From positions 5,112 to 69,111 of the forward strand of contig CAWWAF010000005.1 in the NCBI GenBank assembly GCA_963934795.1: a DNA stretch of 64,000 nt, read 5' to 3'. This document shows positions 29,495 to 38,146 of this stretch, piece after piece. Both the position numbers and the translations under genes were made by a program. The notes beneath the pieces are model-generated. The model made no database searches. It worked only from the letters and a program-made list of their open reading frames with translations, and was not told the origin of the DNA. Every line of letters starts with the position of its first letter. The stretch's first letter is position 1. The DNA is from an uncultured bacterium. Lineage in GTDB: Bacteria > Acidobacteriota > Vicinamibacteria > Vicinamibacterales > UBA8438.

Positions 29495-30985
29495 ATGACT
29501 CGTTCCGTATCCTTTAGTACCGCCGCACTAGTCGCGTGCGTGCTCAGCGCGTCGGCCGCGACCGCGACCGCAGCAGTGGATGTGCCGCTCGTCGACGCGG
29601 TGAAAGCGGGCGACGTGGCGCGAGCGCGAACGCTGATCGAGCAAGGCGCCGGCGTCAATGACGCAGAGCCAGACGGCACCACGCCCCTGCACTGGGCCGC
29701 CCACAAGCGGCACTTGGAGCTCACACAGCTGTTGCTCGGAGCCGGCGCTGTCGCGAACACCGGGAACCGCTACGGCGTCCGGCCGTTGTCGCTCGCTGCG
29801 GTCAACGGCGACGGCCCTGTCATCAAGGCGCTCCTCGAAGCCGGCGCGAATCCGAACAGCACGCTCATGGAAGGTGAGACGGCACTGATGACCGCTGCCC
29901 GGTCTGGCAGCGTCGAGGCCGTGGAACTGCTGCTAGACGCCGGTGCCAACGTCAATGTCCAGGAAAGCTGGAAGGGGCAGACGGCGCTCATGTGGGCTGC
30001 CGCCGAAGGCCATGCCGCCGTTATCCCCCCACTCGTGGCCCACGGCGCGGACCCTGGACTCCGCTCGAATCGAGGCTTCACCGCGCTGCTCTTCGCCGCA
30101 CGCGACGGGCAGACCGATGTGGTCCAGACGCTCCTGGAGGCCGGGGCTGACCTCGATGAACAGCTGTCAATCAACTCGACGCTCACCGCCGGCGGCGTTG
30201 AACAGCGTCGGGCATCCGACGCCGGGTTGAATGCGTTTCTCCTGGCGGCGGGCAACGCGCACTTCGAATTGGCCGCATATCTCATGGACCGTGGCGCCGA
30301 TCCCAACGCTGCGCCGCGCGGGTGGACCGCGCTGCATCAGCTCTCATGGGTCCGCAAAGCGGGTATCGCCGGCAGCAACAATCCAGCGCCACGTGGGTCC
30401 GGCGTCATGACAAGTCTCGCGTTTGCGCGCAAACTCATTGCCAGTGGCGCGGACCTCAATGCGCGGGTGACGACGCGACCGCCCGCCGGCATCACGGAGC
30501 TGAACTTCATCGGCGGCACGCCGATGCTGTTGGCCGCGCGCACCGCCGACGCCGAATACATGCGACTGCTCGCGGACGCTGGCGCCGACCCGATGCTCAC
30601 CAATGACGACGGCTCCACGACGCTCATGGTCGCGGCCGGGCTCGGCACCTCATCGCCAGGTGAAGACCCCGGCACCGAAACCGAGGTCCTGGAAGCGGTG
30701 CAACTCGCTCTGGAGCTTGGCCTGGACATCGACGCGGTCGACGGCAAGGGCGAGACCGCCATGCACGGCGCGGCCTACAAGCACCTCCCCCGGGTCACCA
30801 CCTTCCTGGTGAATGCTGGCGCCGACATCGCGGTGTGGAACCGACAGAACGACCGCGGTGCATCCCCGCTCGACATCGCTATCGGGATGCACCGGGGAAT
30901 GAACATCCTGAGCTCACCTGCCACGGCGGACGCCATTCGCGATGCCATGCGCGTGGGCGGCGCCGATCCTGATTCAGCGCCTTGA
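29495..30985 (+). CDS. Exported ankyrin-repeat protein, copy 1
   Basis: Signal peptide; repeated GxTPLHWAA / GETALMTAAR / GQTALMWAA / GFTALLFAAR units. Confidence 0.9.
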   Translation: MTRSVSFSTAALVACVLSASAATATAAVDVPLVDAVKAGDVARARTLIEQGAGVNDAEPDGTTPLHWAAHKRHLELTQLLLGAGAVANTGNRYGVRPLSLAAVNGDGPVIKALLEAGANPNSTLMEGETALMTAARSGSVEAVELLLDAGANVNVQESWKGQTALMWAAAEGHAAVIPPLVAHGADPGLRSNRGFTALLFAARDGQTDVVQTLLEAGADLDEQLSINSTLTAGGVEQRRASDAGLNAFLLAAGNAHFELAAYLMDRGADPNAAPRGWTALHQLSWVRKAGIAGSNNPAPRGSGVMTSLAFARKLIASGADLNARVTTRPPAGITELNFIGGTPMLLAARTADAEYMRLLADAGADPMLTNDDGSTTLMVAAGLGTSSPGEDPGTETEVLEAVQLALELGLDIDAVDGKGETAMHGAAYKHLPRVTTFLVNAGADIAVWNRQNDRGASPLDIAIGMHRGMNILSSPATADAIRDAMRVGGADPDSAP

Positions 30986-33099
30986 CGGATCACTCGGTCG
31001 TCGACGTCAGCAACCCCCTGCTCAGCGACTGGACCGGGCCATTCGGCGGGGTTCCGGACTTCCATCGACTGGACCTCGACGCGCTGAAACCAGCGCTCGA
31101 GGCGGCCATGGCTCGCCAGCTCGCCGAGGTTGCGGCGGTTGCATCCAACCCGGAGTCCCCAACGTTCGAGAACACGATCGTCGCCCTGGAGCGCGCCGGC
31201 CGCGAGCTTGCCCGGGTCGCGGCCTACTACGAAGTCTGGAGTGCGAACCTCTCCACCCCGGCGTTCCGTGCGGTCGAAGCAGAGATGGCGCCACGCCTGG
31301 CCGAGTGTGAATCGACAATTTTTCACAATGCGGCGTTGTTCGCGCGGGTCCAGGCCGTGCACAGCAGCCTGGGTCGCCCACCGCGTACCTCTGACCCAAA
31401 TCCAGCCGCCGTCGACACGCTGCGGCCCGATCAACAACGATTGGTTCAGATCATCTACGAGCGCTTCGCGCGCAACGGTGCGACCCTCGACGAAGCGTCG
31501 CAGACACGGTATGCCGACATCGAGCAACAGCTTGCGGCACTACAGACACGCTTCTCGAACAACGTGCTGGCCGATGAAGAGGGTCACGTGACCTATCTCA
31601 ACGCCGCGCAATTGGACGGACTGCCAGACGCCTTCATCCAGGCCGCGGCAACGGCCGCCGCCTCGCACGGACGCGACGCTGATTACGCGATCACGAACAC
31701 CCGCTCGTCGGTGGACCCGTTCCTGACGTTTTCGGACGAACGGCCTCTGCGAGAGCGCGTCTGGCGCGCCTACTACGCGCGTGGAGACAACGGCGACGAG
31801 CACGACAACAACGCGATCCTCGCTGAGATCCTTCGGCTGCGCCATGCGCGCGTGCGGCTGCTGGGGTACGACGACTACGCCACCTGGCGGCTCGAGAACC
31901 GGATGGCCAAGACACCGCAACAGGCCCTCGATCTCATCGGAGCGGTGTGGCCCGCTGCCCTGGCGCGGGTGGAGGCGGAGGTGGCCGACATGCAGGCAGT
32001 GGCTGACGCCGAGGGCGCCGACATCGCCATCGAACCGTGGGACTACCGCTACTACGCCGAGAAGGTGCGGCAGACGACCTTCGACCTCGACTCGAACGAG
32101 GTAAAACAGTATCTCCAGCTCGACAAGCTCCGCGATGGCATGTTCTTCGTAGCCGGGGCGTTGTTCGATTTCGCATTCTCCGCGATCACCGACGGCTCCG
32201 TCCCGGTGTTTCACGAAGATGTCAGCGTGTGGGAGGTCACACGCCGCACGACCGGCGAGCACGTCGGAGTCTGGTATCTGGACCCCTACGCGCGGCCGGG
32301 CAAGGCGTCTGGCGCCTGGGCCACCACCTTTCGCAGTCACGAATCCTTCGAGATGACCGTCGGGGTGCTGGGCTCGAACAATTCAAACTTTATCAAGCCG
32401 GCGGCTGGTGCACCGACCCTGGTCTCGTGGGACGACGCCACCACCTTGTTTCACGAATTCGGACACGCACTTCACTATTTCTCATCGACGGTCGACTACC
32501 CGTCACTGAACGGCGGCGTGCGTGACTACATCGAGGTGCAGTCACAGTTGCTTGAGCGCTGGTTGCTCACCAACGAGGTCATCACCGGTTTCCTCGTGCA
32601 CCACGAGACCGGGGAGACGATTCCCGACCACCTCGTCGCCCGGATCAGAAACGCCGCGACCTTCAACCAGGGTTTCGCGACGGCCGAATATCTGGCCTGC
32701 GCCCAGATGGACATGCGGTTTCACACGACGGACCCGACCTCGCTCGATCCCAAGACGTTCGAACGCGAGGTGCTGGCTGACTTGCGGATGCCGGACCAGA
32801 TCGTGATGCGGCACCGAAGCACACACTTCAGCCACATCTTCTCGGGTGAGGGGTACGCGGCGGGCTACTACGGCTACATGTGGGCGGATGTGCTGACGGC
32901 GGACGCGGCGGAGGCATTCGCGGAGGCGCCGGACGGGTTCTACGATGCAGAGTTGGCCCAGAAGCTCGTAACTCACGTCTTTGCCGCGGCCAACGCCGTC
33001 GATCCCGCAGACGGGTATCGCGCGTTCCGGGGACGGGACGCCACGATCGGCGCTCTCATGCGTGGCCGCGGCTTCCCCGTGCCGGAGAACGACGCGTGA
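30982..33099 (+). CDS. M3 family metallopeptidase (peptidyl-dipeptidase Dcp-like)
   Basis: PTFENTIVALE, DPYARPGKASGAW, TLFHEFGHALH, HFSHIFSGEGYAAGYYGYMWA. Confidence 0.92.
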   Translation: MTDHSVVDVSNPLLSDWTGPFGGVPDFHRLDLDALKPALEAAMARQLAEVAAVASNPESPTFENTIVALERAGRELARVAAYYEVWSANLSTPAFRAVEAEMAPRLAECESTIFHNAALFARVQAVHSSLGRPPRTSDPNPAAVDTLRPDQQRLVQIIYERFARNGATLDEASQTRYADIEQQLAALQTRFSNNVLADEEGHVTYLNAAQLDGLPDAFIQAAATAAASHGRDADYAITNTRSSVDPFLTFSDERPLRERVWRAYYARGDNGDEHDNNAILAEILRLRHARVRLLGYDDYATWRLENRMAKTPQQALDLIGAVWPAALARVEAEVADMQAVADAEGADIAIEPWDYRYYAEKVRQTTFDLDSNEVKQYLQLDKLRDGMFFVAGALFDFAFSAITDGSVPVFHEDVSVWEVTRRTTGEHVGVWYLDPYARPGKASGAWATTFRSHESFEMTVGVLGSNNSNFIKPAAGAPTLVSWDDATTLFHEFGHALHYFSSTVDYPSLNGGVRDYIEVQSQLLERWLLTNEVITGFLVHHETGETIPDHLVARIRNAATFNQGFATAEYLACAQMDMRFHTTDPTSLDPKTFEREVLADLRMPDQIVMRHRSTHFSHIFSGEGYAAGYYGYMWADVLTADAAEAFAEAPDGFYDAELAQKLVTHVFAAANAVDPADGYRAFRGRDATIGALMRGRGFPVPENDA

Positions 33100-33115
33100 A
33101 CATGGAGGTAGACCT

Positions 33116-34411
33116 GTGAAGAACAGCCAGACAAAACAGTGGTTCGCACTCCTCACCGTGGCCCTCATGTCGGCCGCGTGTACGACCGCCGCCGGCGCAC
33201 GCGCGGACGATGTCGAAAGCCCGCGCGACCTCGCGGTGGCCGCCCCCGAGTCGGTGGGCCTCTCGTCCACCCGCGTGGAGCGTCTGGAGGCAGGTATGCG
33301 GCAGTTCGTCGAGGACGGTCGGCTGGCGGGGGTCCATACGCTGCTGGCCAGGCACGGCAAGATTGTCAGCTCCAGCGTGGCCGGCGTGACCAGCGTCGAG
33401 AATGGCACGCCCCTCACCGAGGACGCCATTTACCTCATCTATTCGATGAGCAAGCCGATCACCGGCGTCGCCATGATAATGCTCTACGAAGAAGGCAAGT
33501 GGCGTCTGAATGATCCAGTGACGAAGTTCATCCCGGAATTCGAGAACTTGCAGGTCTACGCTGGCGACGGTGCAGATGGCGAACCCCTGCTCGAAGACTC
33601 GAACCGGTCGATGACCATGCGCGAACTGATGACCCACTCGTCAGGGCTGGCCTACGGTCTGGGGTCCGGAAACGTCGTCGACCGGATGTATCGCGAATCG
33701 GGGGTACTCGACTTCCGGAACAAACCGCTACAGTCAATGATAGACACGCTGGCCGAGACACCGCTGCTGTATCAACCCGGCGAGCGCTGGTACTACAGCA
33801 TCGCCGTGGACGTGCAGGGATATCTGGTCGAGAAACTCTCGGGACAGCCGTTCGATGAATTCCTCCAGGAGCGGATCTTCGCGCCGCTGGGCATGGTGGA
33901 CACGGCCTTCTACGTGCCAGCGGACAAACTCGACCGCCTTGCCCTGATTCATGGCGAGAACGAAGACGGCACCCTGACGGTGCAGCAGAACGGCGACCCA
34001 ACGCAGGCACCGGCCGGGCCCTCAGGCGGTGGCGGTCTCTACAGCACCACGCTCGACTACATGCGGTTCAGCCAGATGGTGCTTAACGGCGGCGCGCTCG
34101 ACGGCGTTCGGCTGCTGGCGCCGCGCAGCGTCGAGATGATGCGCACGAATCACCTGCAGGAACAGGCGCTCAGTACGATGGCACCGGGATCCGGATTCGG
34201 GCTCGACTTCGGCGTCGTCATGGATCCGGCTGCCGCTGGTGAACCGTACTCGAAGGGCTCGTTCCGGTGGGGCGGGGCCGCCGGCACCTGGTTCTGGATC
34301 GATCCGGTCGAGGACTTCGTGTTCGTTGGGATGATTCAGCACCGCGGTCGTGCCGTTCGTGATGTGCAGGGCGTCTCCCGGAACCTGACCTATTCGGCGA
34401 TCATCGACTAG
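33116..34411 (+). CDS. Serine hydrolase, beta-lactamase class C-like, probable lipoprotein
   Basis: IYSMSKPIT (SxxK), LMTHSSGL, YQPGERWYYS, GGGGLYST, WGGAAGTWFWIDP; GTG 33116 follows GGAGGT; LMSAA-C lipobox-like. Confidence 0.88.
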   Translation: MKNSQTKQWFALLTVALMSAACTTAAGARADDVESPRDLAVAAPESVGLSSTRVERLEAGMRQFVEDGRLAGVHTLLARHGKIVSSSVAGVTSVENGTPLTEDAIYLIYSMSKPITGVAMIMLYEEGKWRLNDPVTKFIPEFENLQVYAGDGADGEPLLEDSNRSMTMRELMTHSSGLAYGLGSGNVVDRMYRESGVLDFRNKPLQSMIDTLAETPLLYQPGERWYYSIAVDVQGYLVEKLSGQPFDEFLQERIFAPLGMVDTAFYVPADKLDRLALIHGENEDGTLTVQQNGDPTQAPAGPSGGGGLYSTTLDYMRFSQMVLNGGALDGVRLLAPRSVEMMRTNHLQEQALSTMAPGSGFGLDFGVVMDPAAAGEPYSKGSFRWGGAAGTWFWIDPVEDFVFVGMIQHRGRAVRDVQGVSRNLTYSAIID

Positions 34412-34449
34412 GGACCCGGCGGGGTCGGCGCTAGTAGGCCTCCGCGCGG

Positions 34450-35235
34450 CTACGGCTGGCAGACTTCGGCGAGACTCTGCACCGACGTCACATTCAGACT
34501 GGCGGGTCCGCCTCCCGACTCATCGCGGATGAGCAACCCCTTGGTCTCCACTCGATGCCCGAGATACGGCTCCGGGCTGGGAAACACATACATGAGGCCA
34601 TATTCATGGTTCCCAAGGGGAATCGCCTGGGCCTCGACCAACTCGTCACCACTCGACGGGGCGGGGTCACCAGCACGTACCTCGGCACTCGCGCTGGACA
34701 AGACCCACTTGGACGCGTCGCCGCCCAGGCACCCGACGACGCGCACGAGCGCAAAATTCGGCACCACGCCGGGGCCGTCCTCGCCCTCGACCGTGACGCT
34801 TGTGAGCCCTGCCGTGGACAGTTCCTCGTCGCCGGCCGGGTATCCATTTCGCTCCAGGACGTACGTGATGATGTCGACGTATGCGTCGCCGGCCAGCGTC
34901 TCTGAGGCACCGGGCGGCATCGATTGCATGCGGTCAAAGAGACGGTCCAGGGTCAGGCCGGTCCAGTCCCGCACAAAGACGTCGCCGGTCAGCGACCGCC
35001 CCGCGCCACCAGACAGATCCGCCCCATGGCACCGCATGCAGGTGGCTTCATACTGGGTGCGTCCACGGACGGCCTGCGCCGGGGAATAGACGCCCTCCTT
35101 CACGGTCCGCCCCTCCTGGGCACGAGTCACCGCCGACGTGCAACAGATGCCGACGACGGTTGCACTCAGCGCCCACGCCATCCCTCGCGCGGTTCGGTGC
35201 CAATGTAGTGCTTTCATAGTGACTCGCATTCTCAC
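34450..35235 (-). CDS. Exported monoheme cytochrome c with a C-terminal Cys-pair domain
   Basis: GVYSPAQAVRG, CMRCHGADLSG, MQSMPP axial Met, VVGCL...EVCQP; last gene of cassette 2. Confidence 0.85.
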   Translation of the reverse strand: MRMRVTMKALHWHRTARGMAWALSATVVGICCTSAVTRAQEGRTVKEGVYSPAQAVRGRTQYEATCMRCHGADLSGGAGRSLTGDVFVRDWTGLTLDRLFDRMQSMPPGASETLAGDAYVDIITYVLERNGYPAGDEELSTAGLTSVTVEGEDGPGVVPNFALVRVVGCLGGDASKWVLSSASAEVRAGDPAPSSGDELVEAQAIPLGNHEYGLMYVFPSPEPYLGHRVETKGLLIRDESGGGPASLNVTSVQSLAEVCQP

Positions 35236-36788
35236 GACGCGCCGAGCGAGCGGAGCAGAGCGGTGGTGGCCGCCGCTGCCTCCACGTTGCCAGTCAGGCC
35301 GCGCTCCACGATGGACAAAGGCGTCTGACCGCGACTGTTCGCCACCGCGAGGTCAGCCCCACGGTCGACGAGGCGCTGGACGACCGCAGCGAACCCCTTG
35401 TCAACGACGTGGTGCAACGCGGTGCTCCCGTCCGCATCGACCGCATTGAGGTCGACGCCGAGGTCCGCCACCAGCGTCACGGCCGCCAACGTCGCCACCT
35501 CGTCGTACATCTGCGCCTGAAAGGCGGGCGCTTTGGCGAGCGCCCGGTCACGTCGATCCCACACGGCGTAGCGCCAACTCGCACCCGCCGCGAGCATCAG
35601 CGGCGTCCAGCCATTCTTCAGCGGCAACCTGGCGTCGGCGTCGGCTGCCGCGAGCACCCGCATGATCTCCACCTCTGTGAACTTCGCCGCGAGTGCAAAC
35701 GGCGTGGCCCCCAAGAGGTGCTCTCCAATCATCAGCACCTGGCCGTTCCGGGTCACCTTCGTGGCCAGGGTCACCTGCGCGTCAGGCCGAGCGCCATGGG
35801 CCAACAGTGCCTCGACCACCACCACGTCGCCGGTCAGCGCGGCGGCGTGGAGCGCGGTGTAGCCGGCCGACGCCGCCGCGGGGTTCGCGCCCTGCTCGAG
35901 TAGGAATAGTGCCAGCGCCCGGTGGTCGCTGTGGACCGCCACGACCAGCGCGGTGGCCCCGTCTGGCGCACGGTCATTGACATCCGCTCCGGCCTCGAGC
36001 AGCAGACGTGCCGACGCGACGTCGCCGTGCCGGGCGGCGAACAGCAGTGGGGTGAACCCGCCGACGCGGGTCTCCTCCGCGTCGGTCCCGTAGTTACGAC
36101 CCAACTCGCCATATTTGAGTTCGGACTGCAAGCGCCGACTAATCACTTTTCGACGCTCTCGCGACCGGGCCGCTACATCGGCGCCATACTCGATGAGGAG
36201 ACGCACAACACCGGCATGTCGCTGGGCGACCCCCCACATCAGAGCTGTTTGGTGCTCGGACTGTTCGCGCGCGTCGACATCGGCGCCGGCCACCAGTAGG
36301 GCACGCACGGCGTCGGTGCTGCCCGTCCGGGCGCACCCCATCAGGACGGTCTCACCGGTACCCATCGCGGCGTTCGGATCGGCGCCCGCCTTCAGCAACA
36401 GACCGACCATGGCTGCGCTGCCGTTCTCGCATGCGAGCGACAGCGGCGTCACGCCCAGATCGTTCGCGGCGCCGGCGTCGGCACCGGACGCCACCAACCG
36501 CGCCGCCAGCATCTCGTCGTCGAAGTACGTCGCCCAGTGCAACGCGGTGGCCCCATCGGCCTGCGCCGCGTTGACGTCGACGTCCGGTACGAATGCCATC
36601 GCTCGCTCGGACTGCCCTGCCCTCACCGCCTCAATAAGACGCAGCTCGGGCGTCTGCGCCGACAGGTTGGCGCCTCCAACGACTGCGACCAGGGCTGCGC
36701 CCACGAGACATCGTGGGAACCGCCCCCATCGGGCTCGGTCGTCGGGCCTCAGCCGCGAGATCGAATGCTTGTCACGCCGGTAGGCCAC
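35232..36788 (-). CDS. Exported ankyrin-repeat protein, copy 2
   Basis: DGATALHWA, GVTPLSLACENG, QTALMWGVA, GFTPLLFAARHG, GWTPLMLAAG. Confidence 0.9.
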   Translation of the reverse strand: MAYRRDKHSISRLRPDDRARWGRFPRCLVGAALVAVVGGANLSAQTPELRLIEAVRAGQSERAMAFVPDVDVNAAQADGATALHWATYFDDEMLAARLVASGADAGAANDLGVTPLSLACENGSAAMVGLLLKAGADPNAAMGTGETVLMGCARTGSTDAVRALLVAGADVDAREQSEHQTALMWGVAQRHAGVVRLLIEYGADVAARSRERRKVISRRLQSELKYGELGRNYGTDAEETRVGGFTPLLFAARHGDVASARLLLEAGADVNDRAPDGATALVVAVHSDHRALALFLLEQGANPAAASAGYTALHAAALTGDVVVVEALLAHGARPDAQVTLATKVTRNGQVLMIGEHLLGATPFALAAKFTEVEIMRVLAAADADARLPLKNGWTPLMLAAGASWRYAVWDRRDRALAKAPAFQAQMYDEVATLAAVTLVADLGVDLNAVDADGSTALHHVVDKGFAAVVQRLVDRGADLAVANSRGQTPLSIVERGLTGNVEAAAATTALLRSLGAS

Positions 36789-38146
36789 TAGATCCCCGAC
36801 AGCCGCGCCGCGCTCCCCCCGGCCAGTAGGGTCGGGAGCGGCCCAGTGCTGTCCCCGATCTGCTCGACTGGTGCGCCGAGCTTGTCGAGCAGGCTGACGT
36901 GCAAGTTCGCCAGCGGGGTCCGGTCGCGTTCGTCGAACGCCACATGACGACCACCACGGAGGGCGCCGGCCCCGCCGCCGAGCAGCACGATCGGCAGGTT
37001 GTATGGCGAATGGGCATTGCTATCGCTCATGCCCGCTCCGTACATCAGCACCATGTGGTCGAGCAGCGAGCCATCGCCGTCCGGTGTCGCGCGGAGCTTC
37101 TCGACGAACGTGGCAAAAAGACCCATGTGATAGCGATTGATCTTCGTGAGCTTGGCCAGGGCGTCTGGCACGCCCCGATGGTGCGACAACGGGTGGTGCG
37201 CGTCCGGCACATCGATCTCCGGATAGGTCCGACCGCTCAACTCATGGCCACTCATGAACGTCGTCACGCGCGTCCGGTCGGTCTGGTGAGCGAGCAGTTG
37301 CAGGTCGTACATGAGAGCCGCATGGTCTGCGAACCCTGCGGGCACACCCATCGGACGGACCACGAGCGGCACCTCGCGGTCGCCCTGGGCTTCGGCCACT
37401 TCGATACGCCTCTCAACGTCGCGGACGGCATCGAGGTACGCGCCGAGCTTCCGCTGATCGCCGGTGCCCAGTGCCCCCTGCAGCCGTGCCACGTCTTCGC
37501 GAACGGAATCAAGAATGCTGCGCTGCTCACGCCGGCGCGTCTCCCGTGCGACCGGATCAGTGGTGCTGTTGTCCCCGAACAGCCGCTCGAAGACCGCGCG
37601 CGGGTTGTGCTCCATCGGTAGCGGAGTCTCCGAATCGCGCCACGAGATGGTGTAGGAAAATGCGCAGCCGAACCCGCCGCTGTCACATGAGCCCGCGAAG
37701 TTCGCCCCCTCGAGTCCGAGTTCCAGTGACGCCAGCGGGGTGTGCTGGCCCAGGGCGCGCGCCGCGATCTGGTCCATGGACACCGCCGCCGGGTTCCAGA
37801 CACCAGGATGGACATCCGTGAGGAACCGGGTCGCCGCGCGCGAGTGGGTCCCACCACGGGTCCCTGGCGGCGGCGTGCAATTGAGACCAGACACCACGAG
37901 CAGCTGGTCCTTGAACGGGGCCAGCGGCTCGAGAATCGGAGTCAGTTCAAACCCCGCTCCAGTCGCGGCCGGCGTCCAGTTCTGCATCACCATCCCGTTC
38001 GGCACATAGACGGCGCCAAACCGTACCGTCGCACTCGCGGCGGTCAGGGCTGGCGTCATACTGTCGAGGAACGGTAAGGCCACGGTCGCGCCCAACCCGC
38101 GAAGCACCATGCGCCGCGATATCGCACGTTTGGTGATTACGCTCAT
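36788..38146 (-). CDS. DUF1552 family protein, copy 2
   Basis: SRRMVLRGLGATVALPFLDSMTPA, YVPNG, CDSGGFGCAF, PRAVFERLFGD, HHPLSHH; start ATG 38146 overlaps the upstream stop. Confidence 0.88.
   Translation of the reverse strand: MSVITKRAISRRMVLRGLGATVALPFLDSMTPALTAASATVRFGAVYVPNGMVMQNWTPAATGAGFELTPILEPLAPFKDQLLVVSGLNCTPPPGTRGGTHSRAATRFLTDVHPGVWNPAAVSMDQIAARALGQHTPLASLELGLEGANFAGSCDSGGFGCAFSYTISWRDSETPLPMEHNPRAVFERLFGDNSTTDPVARETRRREQRSILDSVREDVARLQGALGTGDQRKLGAYLDAVRDVERRIEVAEAQGDREVPLVVRPMGVPAGFADHAALMYDLQLLAHQTDRTRVTTFMSGHELSGRTYPEIDVPDAHHPLSHHRGVPDALAKLTKINRYHMGLFATFVEKLRATPDGDGSLLDHMVLMYGAGMSDSNAHSPYNLPIVLLGGGAGALRGGRHVAFDERDRTPLANLHVSLLDKLGAPVEQIGDSTGPLPTLLAGGSAARLSGI

Noticed and set aside
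32981-34411. Beta-lactam resistance gene
   Set aside because: The motifs fit the broad family VIII esterase/serine hydrolase group; SxxK alone does not support beta-lactamase activity
29495-36788. Ankyrin proteins as eukaryote-like host-interaction effectors
   Set aside because: Both are fixed third members of DUF1592-DUF1552 cassettes, which points to an accessory role in that system
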